Shown here: one piece after another, positions 50,139 through 51,135 of the stretch
Numbering within the stretch: the first letter of the stretch is position 1
Layout of the letters: each line of letters begins with the position of its first letter
NCBI GenBank assembly: GCA_001938485.1
Contig: MQRK01177396.1
Span: 4,600-55,734, forward strand
Length of the DNA: 51,135 nucleotides
Direction of reading: 5' to 3'
From: Girardia tigrina
Taxonomy: Eukaryota
Position numbers and translations under genes: made by a program
The notes under the pieces: model-generated
Databases searched by the model: none
What the model was told of the DNA's origin: nothing
What the model saw: the letters and a program-made list of their open reading frames with translations, nothing else

Positions 50139-50499
50139 TATTGATTTTATTCATAAGTTGTTCTTTTTGAATTCTCGTTTTATATATCACCAAGGTGACC
50201 AAAATTCAATAAAGTCAAAGTTGAAATGCAAAGTTATTTTTAAAAATTATACACAAATCTGTTACTTTTTTTTAAGTGTAAGTACGTTGTGAAGGAAGTT
50301 ATTAAGTCAAGATAAGGTCTAAATTTGACGTTCGGTCAAAAAGTTGAAAAATGTTAATTGTTGATTATTTAGCGTAATAAATATACAATAAAAAATTTAA
50401 AAAAGCGAGAATTTTATTTAATAAGTTGTATTCTATTGAAATAATCCTTTCTTTAATGTTAAAAATTAAAAGAAATTAAATTAAAATGTTATAAATAAA

Positions 50500-50730
50500 A
50501 ATCGTGATCGTCGTCTGCTTTTTGATGAAATCGGTCAAACACCTCAGCCGATACTCAACGTTGGGGGATATGGCTTAAAGCATCAATCTAGTACTCGGAT
50601 CATTTGCCTGCAATTTGACCCATTGTCGAGAAAATCACAGATGGTGGAGTTCTTATTAACCGTGTCAGAACAGCCTTAACACATGAGAATTTAGTACAAG
50701 AGTTGGTTTGTTTGCTAGTTTGTTAAATTA
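50500..50730 (+). mobile_element. hAT C-terminal dimerisation-domain remnant
   Basis: VEKITDGGVLINRVRTALTHENLVQELVCL, preceded by a decayed WW motif (TGA TGA). Confidence 0.55.
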
Positions 50731-50963
50731 TGTTTAAGTAACCCAAAGCACCTCATATACTATAACAGCGCGTATAATGATTTGTGTATGTTTTATTATA
50801 AAACCATAAGTAATCTCTATGTGTGTATGTGTGTGTTTAAAATTTTAAAATATGATTTTCGGTTATAAAAATGAACAATGAAAATTTCTATGAACACACA
50901 TATACAAACACAAAAAATAAAATTTATACAAATATGTGTGTGTTTTATATTAATTATTTTATT

Positions 50964-51124
50964 ACTAGAAAAAGACCCGTCACATATGACGGAAGAGCTG
51001 AATTTTCTTCTTTGAAAGTTTCTGTTTTAATTTTATTCACCCATTATGATTTTAAAATTAAAACAGAAACTTTCAAAGAAGAAAATTCAGCTCTTCCGTC
51101 ATATATGACGGGTCTTGTTCTAGT
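50964..51124. repeat. Palindrome of two Helitron-like 3' ends (72-bp arms, 17-bp spacer)
   Basis: Arms 50964-51035 and 51053-51124. Each ends in hairpin CCGTCATAT(A/G)TGACGG followed shortly by CTAG|T. Confidence 0.75.
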
Positions 51125-51135
51125 ATATATATATA

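Overview
AT-rich eukaryotic (probably invertebrate animal) scaffold with very short spliceosomal introns (43-58 nt), two N gaps and a dense, nested set of decayed transposons. Host genes: an intact intronless BET1 SNARE (12657-12977, -) with a partial tandem duplicate; a C6orf120/UPF0669-like gene split by a mariner insertion; the 5' exons of an unidentified low-complexity, adaptor-like gene (from 28631, +); a captured 5' fragment of a TAO kinase; and an orphan paralog pair. Mobile DNA: three LTR retrotransposons with both LTRs (13476-16243, 20982-26360, 34216-38046), CsRn1-like and other gypsy fragments, mariner, Tc1, maT-like and pogo elements, hAT and Harbinger ends, LINE remnants, a Penelope-like inverted repeat carrying hammerhead ribozymes, and a Helitron-end palindrome. 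Top candidate for a new system: two divergent LTR elements of one compact gypsy-like lineage lack the normal TGG primer-binding site. Each instead has 12 nt, flush with the 5' LTR, complementary to nucleotides 1-12 of a tRNA (one exactly matches the tRNA-Lys(UUU) 5' end GCCCGGATAGCT as I recall it), suggesting priming by a 12-nt tRNA 5' fragment. Second candidate: Penelope-type hammerheads lie about 240 nt upstream of, and co-oriented with, both BET1 and the displaced TAO fragment. All calls come from reading and hand translation; no database searches were run.
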